A stretch of 64,000 nt of DNA from Pocillopora damicornis (Eukaryota), in NCBI RefSeq assembly GCF_003704095.1, contig NW_020847264.1, positions 1-64,000 on the forward strand, given 5' to 3'. Shown in pieces: positions 11,681-25,688 of the stretch. The position numbers and the translations under genes are program-made. How positions within the stretch are numbered: position 1 is the first letter of the stretch; every line of letters starts with the position of its first letter. Below the pieces are notes generated by a model. The model was not told the DNA's origin and did not search any database. It worked only from the letters and a program-made list of their open reading frames with translations.

Positions 11681-14600
11681 ATGGATAGTGAGGTCATTTC
11701 AGAGGAAGGCTCGGTTCAAAGCTCAAAGGGTTTTAAATTGTTTACCAAATCTTGGAAACTGAAAGACTCGAATCCACGGTGAGTTGTCACAATGGACATA
11801 ATTCTTATCGATCTCATCCTCTTTTGTAGAAAAGCAACAAGTATTCGCTATTTAAATTTTTATTTTTTTGGGGTGGTGACGGATTTATGACGGCTAAGAT
11901 CGGTCTTGTGAGGCTTTTATGTCAGGGTGCCATGGAAGGTAAAGCGAATTTTCTGTTTTGACTGAACTTACTCTAATACTAGACGCATATTTGCGTTCGT
12001 GCCTGTCTGGCAAATCGTGACAAACTTGAATAAAATTTGTTTCCAATATTCATCATTTGTATTAGATCATTTGCAGTGCCGATCCCCTGTGAGTTATTGT
12101 AAATTAAAGAGCAAAAACTCATAGCAACACATTGTTGTCCTGCATTCTGTCCGAAAACTACTCGTTACCTTGACTATATGGAGCTACTATGGTTTTGTTA
12201 GGGTCAACACATATTGGAGAACCAGGATTTTTTTTAGTTGCTACAATTTGCTACATGAGCCTCACTCTTACTAGAACACATTAGTTTGTTACAAGAAAAC
12301 AATGTTAAATATCGACTGGCACGATATTTCATCTTTCACAACAGTTAAACTTAAACGTTCTTTTTATTTAATAGTTTTTTAGCATTTACCTAACAGTACA
12401 ATGTAGATGACATAAGTATACATGAAAGAATAATTGCATAGACAAATTCTCTAATCTTCCTGCTCTTAAGCTTGTTCCTTAAACTATTCAAACTTTGTAT
12501 TGGTATTCTGCTTGGTTATGATCACGTCTACATACACGATGAGATTTGCATTTATGCTTCGCTCTCGATTAACATTGAATAGCTCAGTTGATATAGCATG
12601 TTTCTCGATGAAAGGTTTACTCCACAGGCTGCCCAAGCTCCAGCTGTGAGATGATCATCATGCGAACTAAGAGTTGTGGCAAAATTATGAGAGTTTGCAT
12701 GGGAAAAGTTACGATTGCTTTTTGGAATACAAAAATACAGTCAAATTCTCAATGAAAATACCTCATCTTGCTTCCACAGTGCATTGCTTTTTATCTGACC
12801 GCTTACTATGTTGGAAGAACCCATTTTAGCAAGTTATCCATTTCCAGGTGTACTTTGTAGTAAACCTAGAAATGTTTAACTCACTAAAATGGGTTCTTTT
12901 CAACTATATTTTTGTATTCCTAAAAGCAGTCATAAATTTTCCCATACAAACTCTTATAATTTTGCCATGACTCTTATTTTGTTAGATGATCATCTCACAG
13001 CTGGAGCTTGGGCCACCTGTGTTCACTCATAAATGTTGACTCATAGAGAGGTCTCTAATAAGGTTCACGGACTGACCCATTCTGAAAACAGTCGACATCT
13101 TTTAGTGTGGTCTACCACAAATGCTCGGTGCGTTTTGAGCATATTATACACAGTATCTGTGCTGATTTTGCATTGCAAAGATCTTTTTTTTTGCTGTCAT
13201 TGCATCATGCCATGTGCTCATCAGTCAAAACATCACACATGCGTCAGGGTCAAAATGTCACACATGTGTAAAGAACTTGACTGCAATTTGCAACTGAGGT
13301 TTCCTTTGGAAAGCCCAAAGTCTTCAAGGGTCAATGAAGGTACACCCATTGTAAAGGGATTGGATAATACAGGCTATCTATCCATCCATGAACAAGGCCT
13401 AGCATTGAAATTTTTTTTTTTTTGCATCAGGGTGCCTTTGGTAACTGAATCGCTGGAAAGTTTTAGTAAGGATATGAGTTGGATGGTATTGCATTCAGCT
13501 CTTCATTGGCATAGCTCCAGAAAATATCTAAACCAGCCACAAGATTGATTGTAGCAATGTTTTTTTTTGCATTTGTTAGTGCATTGATATTTGTGAGCCA
13601 TGGAGTTGGTGAGCATTGTTCCAGATATGAAGAATTTGGAAGTGTTTTAGCCAGACAAGGCTTCCTTGTTATTTCCCATGATCATGGTAAATTTTTCAAA
13701 TATTTGCAAAGAATGAATTGCCTTTCTTGTTTATATGTTCCTGGGAGGGGGGGAGGGAAAGTTTGCTTTGGTCATTTTTTCCTGGCTATGTCCCTCTCTC
13801 TATGGACTCTCAGAACCCCCACCCCACTATAGTCTATTCTTTGGCCAATTAAGGACCCTATCTAAGACCCTTTTGCTAATACAGTAATAACTTTTTAACT
13901 GCAAATCTTCCCATTTTTACATCCCTGCCTACCAAAATTATCTTACCTACAAAATCCAGAAAAATGTGCAACCCCATTCTAGAAACTCTATGCAGGCGCA
14001 TTATAATCAATCCAGTCTTGAAAATGCCACCTTTTCCAGCAAAACATACCTATTAGCCAATTACTAGGAAGTATCCTCTCCCCCGGGGTCAGTCGTAAGA
14101 AATTCAACTATTACTTTAGTGTCAGCATGAATGGCAAAATATGAGATTTAATTAATTTTAATTATAATAGAGATGAGATTGTTTTGTATGCCCATCACTT
14201 GGCTACATTGCTATGGACAAGAGAGAGATTTACTTGACTCATTCCTACTGTGCAGAGTAGTTCAGCATGAAAGTTTTGTTTTATTTATAGTGGGTCATGG
14301 AAGGAGTGAAGGTGAACCAGTGCAGATCTCGTCCTTTGATATTTATGCTGCTGATGTGTTGAAGCACATGGATGAGAAGCTTGTAAACCATGGTGGTCTG
14401 CCAATATTTCTGTTTGGTCATTCAATGGCAAGTTTTCATCCACCACTGTTTAATTGAAGGTCTAGTTTAGAGGTGATTAGGTGGAGGAGGAAGGAGATGG
14501 GGAATTTATCTGTGTGGTATATACTAAAACAATTATTCACCTCAGTGTTGGTAAAAGTGGTGGATATTTACCTTGCTGCTTTAGGGCTCGGTAAATGTCC

Positions 14601-17021
14601 ACTGCTATCCACCTCCACTTTGATGAATAATTGTTTACTATGAAGTTGTGAAGCTGACCTTGTTTTGAGACTCCAAGCATTATTGATTCTGGTCAAAATT
14701 TGTCCTTCAGTATCAAATATATTTTGCAATGTGAGACTGTTTATTCAAATTATATTTTGCATGGTTTATTCTCACACGGGTTCATCACAGTGTCATGGCT
14801 TTGATTCTTAATTTTAAACTGTCCTGATTAGAGATACCATTCATTTTGTTATTAGTGGAGATTGTTACTAAATTAATTTAGAATTGATTTTTTTTTCTTA
14901 ACCTCTTTGTGCAGGGAGGAACAGTTGCAATCCTTTGTGCCATGGAAAGGCCACACTTCTTCACTGGAGTTGTACTCAGTGCTCCAGCCATTATGGCCAA
15001 TCCTGAAACTGCCTCACGTGGAATGGTAAATCAAGGAGGGCATCATATATAAGAGCTTATAGATATGACGTTATTTCATTTCCAGTTCCAGTCAACTACT
15101 TATTCATTTGTCATACCACATGAATGGTGGCTTAACCGTCAGTCATAGCCTTTCTTTCCCCCCCCCTCCCTTCCTTAGGAGTTTTAATGAGTACTTCTGA
15201 ACTGTCAGGGAAGCATGACAAAATGTTGGGGAGAGGGGAGGGTAGCCAGTACTGGATCAACATCTCATCCAGGGAGGGACTGAAATACTCCTAGTGGCTT
15301 CATGCTATAGAAATTGGGATAAGTTCAAACTGAAAAGACTGCTAATGGGATTGAGTACAGATTGTGTAATTAAGGTAACATTTTACAACATTCCCATGTA
15401 ATGGACGCCTTTAGGTAAACCTTAACTCTAACAACATGATTTCTTGATTTTACAGATATTTTTAGGTAGAATAGTGTCACGCATTGTACCTTCATTTCAA
15501 GTGATTGGATCTGAAAACTCCTCCCTTCTCAGTCGAGACCCTGAACAGGTATTGATCTTTGTAAACTATTTTAAGAAAGTACCTTTAGCCAAAAAAAGAC
15601 AAAAAAGCCCTCTTTGAGTGATGCTAAAACACCTTTTTTGGCAGCAATATGATGTTTTTGTTCCTGAAGAGAGAATTGCAAAAATTTGGTCCAAGCTGAA
15701 ATTTTTTGTGGTCTCAAACCACAGAAATTTTTTTCTGCTTTTAAAATTGCAAAATATCGCCTTTTGTTGAATGGAACTTCCGCAGAGTTATCGTGCAACT
15801 CCGTAAGAGTTTGATTTGCTTGTGAATGGATGAAATATAATTTTATTTTATAACCTACTCAAAATATGACTGCATGGTTTAAGATTAACACTGCTTGTTT
15901 TTCTCTAACATTTTTGTGTTTGGTTTTTTTTCTGTTTTAAGGTTGCCATCTTGACTAATGATCCTTTAGCATGGAAGGGAGGCTTGAAGGCCAGGTGGGC
16001 GATGGCCATACATGATGCCATGGAACACATCAAAGAAAACCTGACCAAGATTGAATGGCCGTTTTTAGTGCTTCACGGCGATGCTGACCAGCTAACGATG
16101 GTTGACGGTTCCGTGATGCTAGAAGAGAAGGCAGCAAGTCAAGATAAAACCATTAAGGTGACTTTTCTTGGCTGCTTAACTTACATTGTAATATTGTGAA
16201 AATCGGCGCAGTTTGCGTCGATTAACTCGAAGCTTCAACATTCCCCCCCCCCCCCCCGGATATTTGAACTTTTTGAAGATTGGTTTGGTTAAATTTTCCC
16301 CAGCCCCCCCCCCGCAAAAACTGCGTCCAAATGCCCCACCCAAAATAATAATTGACCGATTCTTTGTGTGCTCAACGAATGTTGGAGAAGTTAGCAAAGT
16401 CAGTAAGTTTTTGGTGTTGCTAAGGAGTTTTTTCGCTGGTAAACATCATTTTAGGATGTGAAATTTGTCTTTCTGAGATATTCACTCATAAAAGCAGACT
16501 CTTAAACGAACCCATGTTAGCTATTGCTGTGAATAAAGAAAAATAAAGCTTTTAATTAACGTTTACATCAAAATATCAAGAAATTCGGGTAGTAACCTTT
16601 GACATTTAGTTAGCAACTTTTTGGATATTTGGCAATTTTATAACGACAGTTTAGCATTCCAGTGGGCAACTTTCCAGTATTTTTCGAGCACAATCAGAAA
16701 AGACCCACCCCTCTCCAACTCACACCCCACTCCCCGCTCCCTGCTCCCACGCTCGCCTTATGAAAGGGACGGTTTCTCTTGTTATAAGCAAAACCAACTC
16801 CAAGACGGGGAAATTTTTCTTCTGCTTTTCTTTCTATTTTTACGTGCAGTTACGAGTCACCTAATGCTATTATTTGGAGGTTTTTTATCAGTATTGTTCA
16901 ATTTTTTTTCCGGCAGATTTATCCAGGCTTTTACCACAAACTTCTAAACGAGCCCAAAGAAGATGCGACTTTGGTGATGAATGATATAATTTCGTGGATA
17001 AACCAGAGACTTCCATCTTGA
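11681..17021 (+). CDS. MGLL: Monoglyceride lipase (alpha/beta hydrolase), 7 exons
   Basis: Exons approx 11681-11778, 13580-13686, 14291-14427, 14915-15025, 15456-15548, 15942-16157, 16917-17021. Motifs [46 protein letters not shown]. Confidence 0.92.
12623..13021. mobile_element. Foldback/MITE with CACAG...CTGTG ends and long imperfect TIRs, in MGLL intron 1
   Basis: CCCAAGCTCCAGCTGTGAGATGATCATC versus GATGATCATCTCACAGCTGGAGCTTGGG; complementarity continues over about 120 bp; an isolated end copy lies near 36171-36207. Confidence 0.7.
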
Positions 17022-17833
17022 AATACTGACTAAATTCTTTCACTCCTCTTGGATATCATTGAAAGAGATTATTTTAGGTACCTCTGGATCATTTATCAAT
17101 CAACCGTAGTGGCATACAGACCTCTGTGTTCAAAACAGCTTGAGCTGCAGCAGGTCCAAAGCGAGTCAACAGCAGGCGGATTTCTTATAAGCTCTGACAA
17201 GTTTCTACCTCACAATGGATGAATTTGCTGAGATTTATATCTCGTTTCTCCAATCGAAACTGTCTTCATTTGTGGCAGTAACTGAATCTCGAAATGATTC
17301 GCTCCGCTATTGCGTATTACTACCACGCCGCAATTTGCATTTGAGCGGAAACCAAGGAGCGGAGCCAACCCATTTATAGCGTTCCTTTGTGTTTAAGAGG
17401 TTTCCCAGTTTCCATGCCTGCTGTGTCGTGTGGGTGTTTCAAGAGAAGTGATTAGTATGCAACCTCTCTCCATAAAATAAATTTATTATTCGAAAGGTAA
17501 CGAGAATGCTCTAACCTAACAGGTTGAAGTTTTTATCTTGATCTAACACCAAATTGTCGTTTGGGAGGTCTTGGCTGATGGAGGGGTAGAATTCTTCGAT
17601 GTCAAAGCAAATAAAACTGTGGTGTTGTTTGTTCTTAATGGGCTTTAAACCACTTGATCACAGATCAAATCTCTTTTTTTTTTCCTATCTCACTATATNN
17701 NNNNNNNNNNNNNNNNNNNNNNNNNNNNNNNNNNNNNNNNNNNNNNNNNNNNNNNNNNNNNNNNNNNNNNNNNNNNNNNNNNNNNNNNNNNNNNNNNNTG
17801 AAAAGGTTAGTTTATCATTACTCCTGAAATTAC

Positions 17834-19375
17834 CTTATTGTGGCTTCAAAAACTTGGACTGTATTATTCTTCTCAAATGTTACAGAATCAATCACAAGCT
17901 GTACAGCTCTCTTGAATTCACTGCTGTTGCCCATTATCTGTGAAAAAAAGTTACAAATAAAAAATGACTCCAAATTGTCATATATCCACCTGTTCAACTA
18001 CAAAGACTTGTAATTACACAGGCTAAATCTAACAGTTAAGCAGCCAATTAAAATTAACCCCTTTCAGCCATCAGCCAATAAAACTCAACCATGAATTCAG
18101 TGCTAGCCTATCAAAACAAAGCAAACTTAAGTGAGCAGGTGAAGAGTCCCACATTGAAAACAAACATATATCAATATGATGCACATGTGCTTCAACATAA
18201 AATTTTTCATTCCTGAGTTCTCGCATTTTATTATTGACACAATTAAATGGTAATCAGACTTTATGCCTATCAATTCAGAGTTATCATACTCGCAACCTTA
18301 AATCAGCTTCCTGCTACTGACTTTGTCCATTTGAAATCATTTGCCTGACTACTCCCAAAATTATACTCTACTCAGTCCTATTACCATTCCTAGTTGCTAA
18401 TTTTATAACTTACAAGTGTAGAACTTAGTAAGTATATATTTGTGTCACAACATTCTGGCACAAATCCAGTTTCATTGTCATTACTTACTGCCAATGTGCC
18501 AAGAGATTCCAACAGTCCTAGTGAATAATCTCCTAAAACATCATTGATGTTAATATTTGACCTGAACAAGGAGAGAAAATAACATTATTATGATGAAATT
18601 CAACATTTTGCTGGTAAGAAGGAATTGCTCACGTAAAATATTACACAATAGGCACAATAACTTTTGTTTCCCGATTAATAACAAAGCATCAAAGCAACAT
18701 AACACAAAGCGCTTCAGTAATAAAGCTAATGCGTAGTATATGATGAAATTTCATTGTATTCAGTGCAAATGTCTCAGGGTTTTAGTATTCCGTTTATGAA
18801 TATGGCCACAGCTGTAACGAAAACCACTGAATGATCGATCAACCACCTCTGAGGTACCAAAGACAAAATTGCGAGTACAACTTATCTGTGACCTTCGATC
18901 CTTCAATAAAATGAGTTTCTTCGTTGAATACATTGTAAGGAACTCCTCTTACAAAGAAACTATGTTCATATACATGGGTCCATTTAAAGACAGATTTCGT
19001 ACAACTTGATTAATGGGGATAATTTGAATTTCAGGTAAGATCGGTGGTAAACGTCATACATCCTTAGTAAACACAACTGGCGTGGTAGTAACAATTAACG
19101 AGACACACTCACGGATTGTCATGATCCGGTCCTCTTCCTGTGCAATGAATCGGATCGAGTTCGTCTTTAGGAAAAGCAAAATTCATGTAATTGTCATACC
19201 CAAAATAAAACATCTCTTTAGCTTTTTCTCTTAATTTAATTCGTTCATTCTCCGAGAAGTGCCGATATTTGCCACTAGAAACTCTACTACAGCGATTCTG
19301 TGTGCCTAAGCTTATCCTTAGTTCTGTACAGAAAACGGTAAAAGCTAAAAAACTTCCTAAAACTTCGTTCATCAT
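17834..19375 (-). CDS. EDEM1: EDEM1 exons 1-3 on an inverted contig
   Basis: Exons 19375-19113, 18561-18489 and 17937-17834: signal peptide, then [31 protein letters not shown]|[14 protein letters not shown]..|[35 protein letters not shown] (GH47 N-terminus). Confidence 0.9.
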
Positions 19376-20085
19376 AACACTTCGACAAGATCAGATAAAA
19401 TGAACGTTCTACCGAAGTGTTTATACCTTAGTCCATTGTCTCTCGACCAATGGGAACACAGTACGCCCAAGGTAGCGATTGGTGATCTCGTTCGCGCGGA
19501 AATACGAACCNNNNNNNNNNNNNNNNNNNNNNNNNNNNNNNNNNNNNNNNNNNNNNNNNNNNNNNNNNNNNNNNNNNNNNNNNNNNNNNNNNNNNNNNNN
19601 NNNNNNNNNNGTCACTCTTGGAGTCAAAGACTTGTTAACTTGAATTTAGGGAACATTTGATACAGTTCATTCTGTTTGCTCCAATTAGCTGTTGTCAGTA
19701 ATAAACTCACTTTTGGTTTAATTAATATATAATACATAATCAAAAACTACTCAGATAAAAGCTCATTAGAGTACATTGAAGGCTTTAACCCTTTAACTCC
19801 AGAAGTGATTAAAATGTTACTTCTCCGTATTAAATCCATACATTATTCAGCAAACAGGTAATGAGAATACTCAAATTTATCAGATTGAAGTTGTTATCTT
19901 GATCGAACACCAAATTCTTGTAACTAACTTACAAGGAAATAAATAGTAGCCAGATAGAAGAATTGACAAGTAGATCTTTGGACTTAAATTTCTAAAAAGA
20001 AGTCAGATCCATTACATTTGTTATAAACCCAAAGGTGAGAATGCCCTGATATAACATTGGTTATGTTTCCTTTTTTTTTGTACAG

Positions 20086-23000
20086 GTAAATTTAGTTGAT
20101 GGTCTGCCGTCAATTTTATATAATGAAACTTGTACAGCAGGAGCTGGTACTATTATATTAGAGTTTGGAATCCTCAGCAGGCTACTGGGTGATCCAGTTT
20201 TTGAAAATTTTGCACGCAAAGCAGTGGAGGCTCTCTGGAAGCGCAGGTCATTAGAGACTGGGCTGCTTGGTGAGTTTACTCTTTACACCCTAACATCAGT
20301 ATGCATTTTCTCCATACTGTTCCCCATATGTTTCCTTAGGTGCTGACAAGGAGAATTTGTTGAAAAATCAATTCTGGGAGTTAATAGAGGGCTTATTAAC
20401 CTCTTCACTCCTAGGAGTGATCAAAAATGAATTGAACAGTTTGTAAACAATTTTAATCCACTCAACTTCGGCTCATGGTTTATAAACTTTTCGTGTGTTC
20501 TCTGAACATCCCGTGTGGATTATAATGCCAGTAAACTGATGAAAAGAGCATCTTATTGCTAAAATATGTTAGGTGAGGTTTCAAACTTCTTTTTCATGTG
20601 TGATTGCTTTATAGGAAATGCTATTAATGTGGTAACTGGAGAATGGACAGGAAAAATGAGTGGATTAGGTGCTGGCTTAGATTCTTTTTATGAATATCTT
20701 TTAAAGGTAAGAACCCAACTCAAAATGATGATATTCTCAGCAAATTAGAACTTAGATTGGAACTGGCTATCAGCTAGTGGGGGTTTAGGTATGCATGCTC
20801 TAAGGATATTATTTTGTCCTGTGAATATGTCAAAAGGTAAGAAGCTTCAAGTCATGTGAAAAATTGATTGCACAAAAATTAATTTGTTTCCTTGTTTATA
20901 GACACCTAATACTTATTTTGAGCATCTTGAAACTTGACCTGAACATTTCACAACTCAACTCAAACCCCCATCTTCTATCTTTTGAGAATTGGGGATCACA
21001 AATCGAGTTTTAAGGATTGAAGTTGTAAGGGACTCTCAACTTACTTTTTGGCAGTATTGTCTACAGGGAAAACAACTTTGGTTTATCTGCAAGGAAAAAG
21101 GGGAAAGACATGTGAATTTATGAATGCATAGTAGGGAACTGTGTACTGAAAAGATGGGGTCTTTGAAACAGAAATATGACCCTTGAATAACATTAATCAA
21201 TTAACATCCTGATATTGAACTGAATAAGCAGCATGTATTTATGTTAAAATATTAGCCCTTAACTTGGAATCCCATTTATTTTGCCTCTAATTAGTGTGGA
21301 TAAACTTCACTTGTATTACTAGGTTNNNNNNNNNNATGGTCACCACACAGTAGAGGGTCAGGAAAGTTTTAAGCATGGGCTTCCTCCATTAGCACTACCC
21401 CTCCCCCTCTGAATAATGAATGATCGTTGCTCAGTTAAATGTCCATACCTCTAACAGAAGAACTCTTCTGAGTTTGAGTTTGAGTTTGAGTTTGAGCTTG
21501 AGCTTCACCCTCCCACCAGACAATTCCAGTTTACCTTCATTTTCGAAATATTTTAGCTTTGGATGGAAGAGTATAATTTTTTTTCTTAATTAACAAAGTG
21601 TATTTTCTGTTTACTGCACGAGCAAGCCAGATTCCAAGGAATTTTGAAACTTTTTATGTCTCCTGATGGACACCCATCTTAATTTTTTTTTTATTTTAGA
21701 GTGTTTTCAGAACCCTTGCTGTCTTGATTTTCATCCATGTATAGAACTTATATCTAAATTTTATTCCTGAATCATTTTTTTACAGGGTTATATTATGTTT
21801 GGGGAGACAGAGGATCTAAAAAGATTCAATGATATCTACAAAGCCATAAACAGATATCTTCGAAAAGGGTAAGGTAGTGTCTATGAAACAGAGAAAATCT
21901 CCTACAGCAGAAGGGAAAAGCTAACTTATACATAAAGCTGCATGCTGAAATTGACGGTCTATAGTAAGGTTTTTTTTTTCAAGATCCGGAACTCGGTTCT
22001 TTCAAAATCTGGGATGCGTGTTGTTAACATTTATAGGGTTAAGGTGAGCGAGATTCAAGATTTTGAGTAAAAACTGGCGAGACGATGGATTTAGGAACTC
22101 GACATGGCGGAAATTGGAAGATATCGTTTAAAGGAACCGCGAGATCCAGGAAAGGCCGGTTGCTGACAGAATTTTTAACGCGGAAAGTCAAGGTGTCATC
22201 TTCAGACATCGGAAATGCCTTGCTTTTGCAAGTCTTACGGATGCTCATTTCTCACCTAGCGGTTGTGAAGCATCAGCCCTCAAAATTTTAACGAGTATGT
22301 CCTTGAGCATTGTAGCCAGCTTGTTTGGAATGACAGGAGGGGTTAAATTCACATTCATTTGGAGTAAACTGTTACATCTATTTTTCCCCATGTTGGTTAT
22401 TCCACAGTTAGCCCAAGCTCCCACAGTGAGCCTCCGTAAATGTGTAAATTTTTTTACGTTGCGTAATGGGTGAATGGCAAGGATATGTATGGGAATGAAC
22501 GGTCGCACTCTTAACCTGAAAAATTCTAAACTAAGTTTGAATAATGTCCCATTGCGCAACGTAAACATACTTGCATACTTACGAAGGTTCATTGGGCGAG
22601 CTTGGGTTACCTGTAAGTAAGTAAGTAAGTAAGTAATTTATACACATAAGCACCGAAGAGTCAACAAAACTCGTTCGAACGTGTAGGTGTGGAAAAAAAC
22701 ATTACGAAAACCTCAGTGAAAAACTGTAACTACTTAAGATGCAATACCTGTTACATAAACGATACATCATTATATAAAAATCTACGATTTAAAAAGAGCT
22801 AAAAGTTTGACATGAACATTTAGAAAAGTCACACACTCTGAAAGCAAAAAATTAAATAGATCTGTGAAAAAATGATAATGATGATAATGATGTGATTATT
22901 CTATTGAGTATTGAGCAATAATTTTCACTCTGTTTTATTTTTCCTACAGTCGACTTAAATGTAACGAAGGTAATGGTTCGACACCCTTGTATGTGAATGT

Positions 23001-25688
23001 GCATATGAACTCCGGCCAAACAGCTAACCTGTGGGTAGATGCTCTGTCAGCCTCGTTTGCAGGAGTACAGGTAACCATCGTAGATTTTTTAANNNNNNNN
23101 NNNNNNNNNNNNNNNNNNNNNNNNNNNNNNNNNNNNNNNNNNNNNNNNNNNNNNNNNNNNNNNNNNNNNNNNNNNNNNNNNNNNNNNNNNNNTGTTTTAC
23201 TTTCGTCGACTCAGGTGCTTAAAGGGGACATCAGGGAAGCCATTTGTACGCATGCTCTGTATTATGCGATCTGGAAAAAGTACGAGGCTATGCCGGAGAG
23301 ATTCAACTGGCAAACTAAACAGTCAGAGGTTCACTTCTCTCCATTACGACCAGAGCTGATTGAATCAACTTACCTTTTACATCAGGTGAGATGCTTGATA
23401 AATAGGAGATCTAGGAGACGTGGTGGCCTCATGGTTAGCGCGCTGGACTTCAGCTGGAGAGGTCTGGGTCCGAGCCCTGGCCGATTTGGGCAAATTACTT
23501 TACTCTCGCCGTGTTTCTTTCCACCCAGGAATGTATTGCATACCTGATCAATTTGTCTGTTTGTCACAGGCCACCCATCACCCGTTCTACCTCCACGTTG
23601 GCAGAGAAATCATGAGGGACATAGAAAAACACAGCAAAGCAAGGTTCGTGTGTGTGATGTTGTTGGTTTTTGTTTGTTCCTTTGTTTGGTTTCGTCTTGA
23701 TCACCTGAGTGTGGATCAGTTTTCGGCTGAAATTGGCAAGTTTTGAGGGACGAAAGTGTGGTGCTGAAAAGATATTTTAAACTCCTGTTGAGAGAGAATT
23801 TGAAGGAGCAGTATTTCTTAAATATTGCAGCAATAATTAAAAAATAGTCATCGAAGTGGAGGTGAATAGAGGTGGATATTTCACCGAATTGTTTTAGTAT
23901 ATACCACATAGTGTATTTTTTTCAATATCCCGAAAAATGGTCGAAAATTTAACTCTTCACGCGCTATTTTGTGCCATCGACTACTTAGAATTCCGAACCA
24001 GCCAGTCAGCGCGCGCGAAAAGCTCTATTCTTGTGGTACATACTGACAAACGTTTACTCTTTTTATGCCGCTAAGCTATGATTGATTTTGACTGCCTTTT
24101 GATGCACTTTGCCATTTTCAATTGAAGTTTTGTTTGGTTTCAGATGTGGTTACGCTACCTTACATGATGTGAATGACAAAACTCAAGAAGATAGGATGGA
24201 GAGCTTCTTCTTGAGTGAAACGTGCAAATATCTTTATCTCGTAAGTACTGAAGTATTTGTAACTGATTACCACTTGCGAGTGTACAAGAAATGAAAATGT
24301 AGAAATGAAATGATAATCTTGAAAGCTCACCAAGAACTCGTTCTTTCACTGGATCAATCTAAAATAGCGTAGCAGCGTAACGCTTCGAGCCGCTTTGCCT
24401 TAGTGTCAAATGTAATTCAGGAGTAGATTGGCTTTGCTTTGCCTCGTGCTGTGATTGGTCTACAATCCTGGTACCACCCTCACAACCAATCGGATGCAAG
24501 CAAAGCCATGCGCGTTTTCCTGCGCTTTATCTGGTTTACTTGTACTCACTTCGTGTTCTTACCTTTGCTCTGATTGGCCGCAGTGATAACTTTGGTCTCG
24601 GTTTCATAGCACGTGACCCAAACCCCCCAAGCGACTGATTGTTTCTTTTTTTTCACAGCTATTCGATGACAACAACCATCTCAACCAGGACGCTTCAAAC
24701 TACATTTTTAGCACAGAAGGACATGTCTTTAGAATCGACTCTCGGTTTAGGAAAAGGCCATGGGATGAAGAGACAAAAATGTTTGCACAGAGGACAACGA
24801 AAAGAACTTTCAACACCCAGTCCTCAGGGGGTTATAATGACAGTATTGGGGTAGGTGCCCTTGAGTAGGCCTTGAGATTTTGTTGTTTAGTTTGTTGTTT
24901 GGTATTCTTTGTGTCAAGTATACAAAGTTCCAACACGTTGATTTGTTTGTTTGTTTTTTTTTTATTTACTTATTTTGCTCGCTTTCGTTCATTTGTTCGT
25001 TTTTCTCTGTGTCCTTTTGTCCGTGCATTGGATCTGTAACTCGTTTTTTATCTCGCTTCTTGGTTCGGTCAGTGGGAATTTTGTTTGTGTGTTCCTTCAA
25101 TACACAATTCCCTCGGTTGTTCGTTTGTTCAGTCGGTCGGTCGGTCAGTCGGTTGCTCGGTAGGTCGGTCGGGCGGTCGGTCGCTGATTCGGTCTGTCGT
25201 TTTGTTAGTCGGTCGGGCGGTCGGTTCGTCGGTCTCTCGGTGGGTCAGTTTGCCGTTCGCTCGGGTGGTCGTTAAGTTGGTCGTGCTTTTAGGAGTTCGT
25301 TTCTTTGTTCGGTGATCTTCCAAGTGTTTGTTCGTTTCTTTGTTCCTCTTCATTTCCCCTTTGAGTTCATTCCTTTGTTTTTTGTTGTTTTGTTCTGTCT
25401 TTGTTTGTTTGTCTGACTTTCTTTTTTTTAATCGCTGAATGTTTGGTTACCTCTTGGAACCAATCAATCAGCGAAACGCAGCGAGCGAACCATGGAGCGT
25501 ACACGCGAAGCCTTCTTGTACGTGTTTTGTTGTTCGTTCGTTCTGTCTGTTCTGTTCTTATCAATGATACTTTCATCGGTCACTATCTATTTATTTCTCA
25601 GTGCGTCAGCTTTTGTAGTGACCTGAATAGTCCTCTACCAATGGACATTCGATACTGGAAAGAAGTAGAAGCAGCAGTTGGTGTATGA
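20086..25688 (+). CDS. EDEM1: EDEM1 (GH47 ER degradation-enhancing alpha-mannosidase-like), downstream exons
   Basis: Exons approx 20086-20269, 20615-20706, 21786-21868, 22950-23070, 23215-23385, 23570-23643, 24144-24240, 24659-24850, 25602-25688. Motifs [57 protein letters not shown]; short EDEM1-type C-terminus. Confidence 0.92.
23420..23530 (+). mobile_element. tRNA-derived SINE remnant
   Basis: GTGGCCTCATGGTTAGCGCGCTGGAC (A box) ... GGTCCGAGCCC (B-box-like); related remnants near 45684-45830, 60890-60940 (-), 6060-6140 (-) and 34330-34410 (-). Confidence 0.55.
25125..25315. repeat. (GGTC/GTTC)n degenerate tetranucleotide microsatellite in EDEM1 intron
   Basis: Visible GTCGGTCGGTCGGTC arrays; explains the spurious SVGR-repeat ORFs. 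Confidence 0.85.

Noticed and set aside
13033-13548. 171-aa ORF in MGLL intron 1 (also 58366-58683 in SLMAP and 22245-22592 in EDEM1)
   Set aside because: No recognisable motif; intronic, with non-coding-like composition.
17195-17300. Possible LINE endonuclease relic (MDEF...FVAVTES) after MGLL
   Set aside because: Too short and degenerate to support without a search.
24880-25576. SVGR- and TDRP-repeat ORFs
   Set aside because: Translations of a tetranucleotide microsatellite in an EDEM1 intron.
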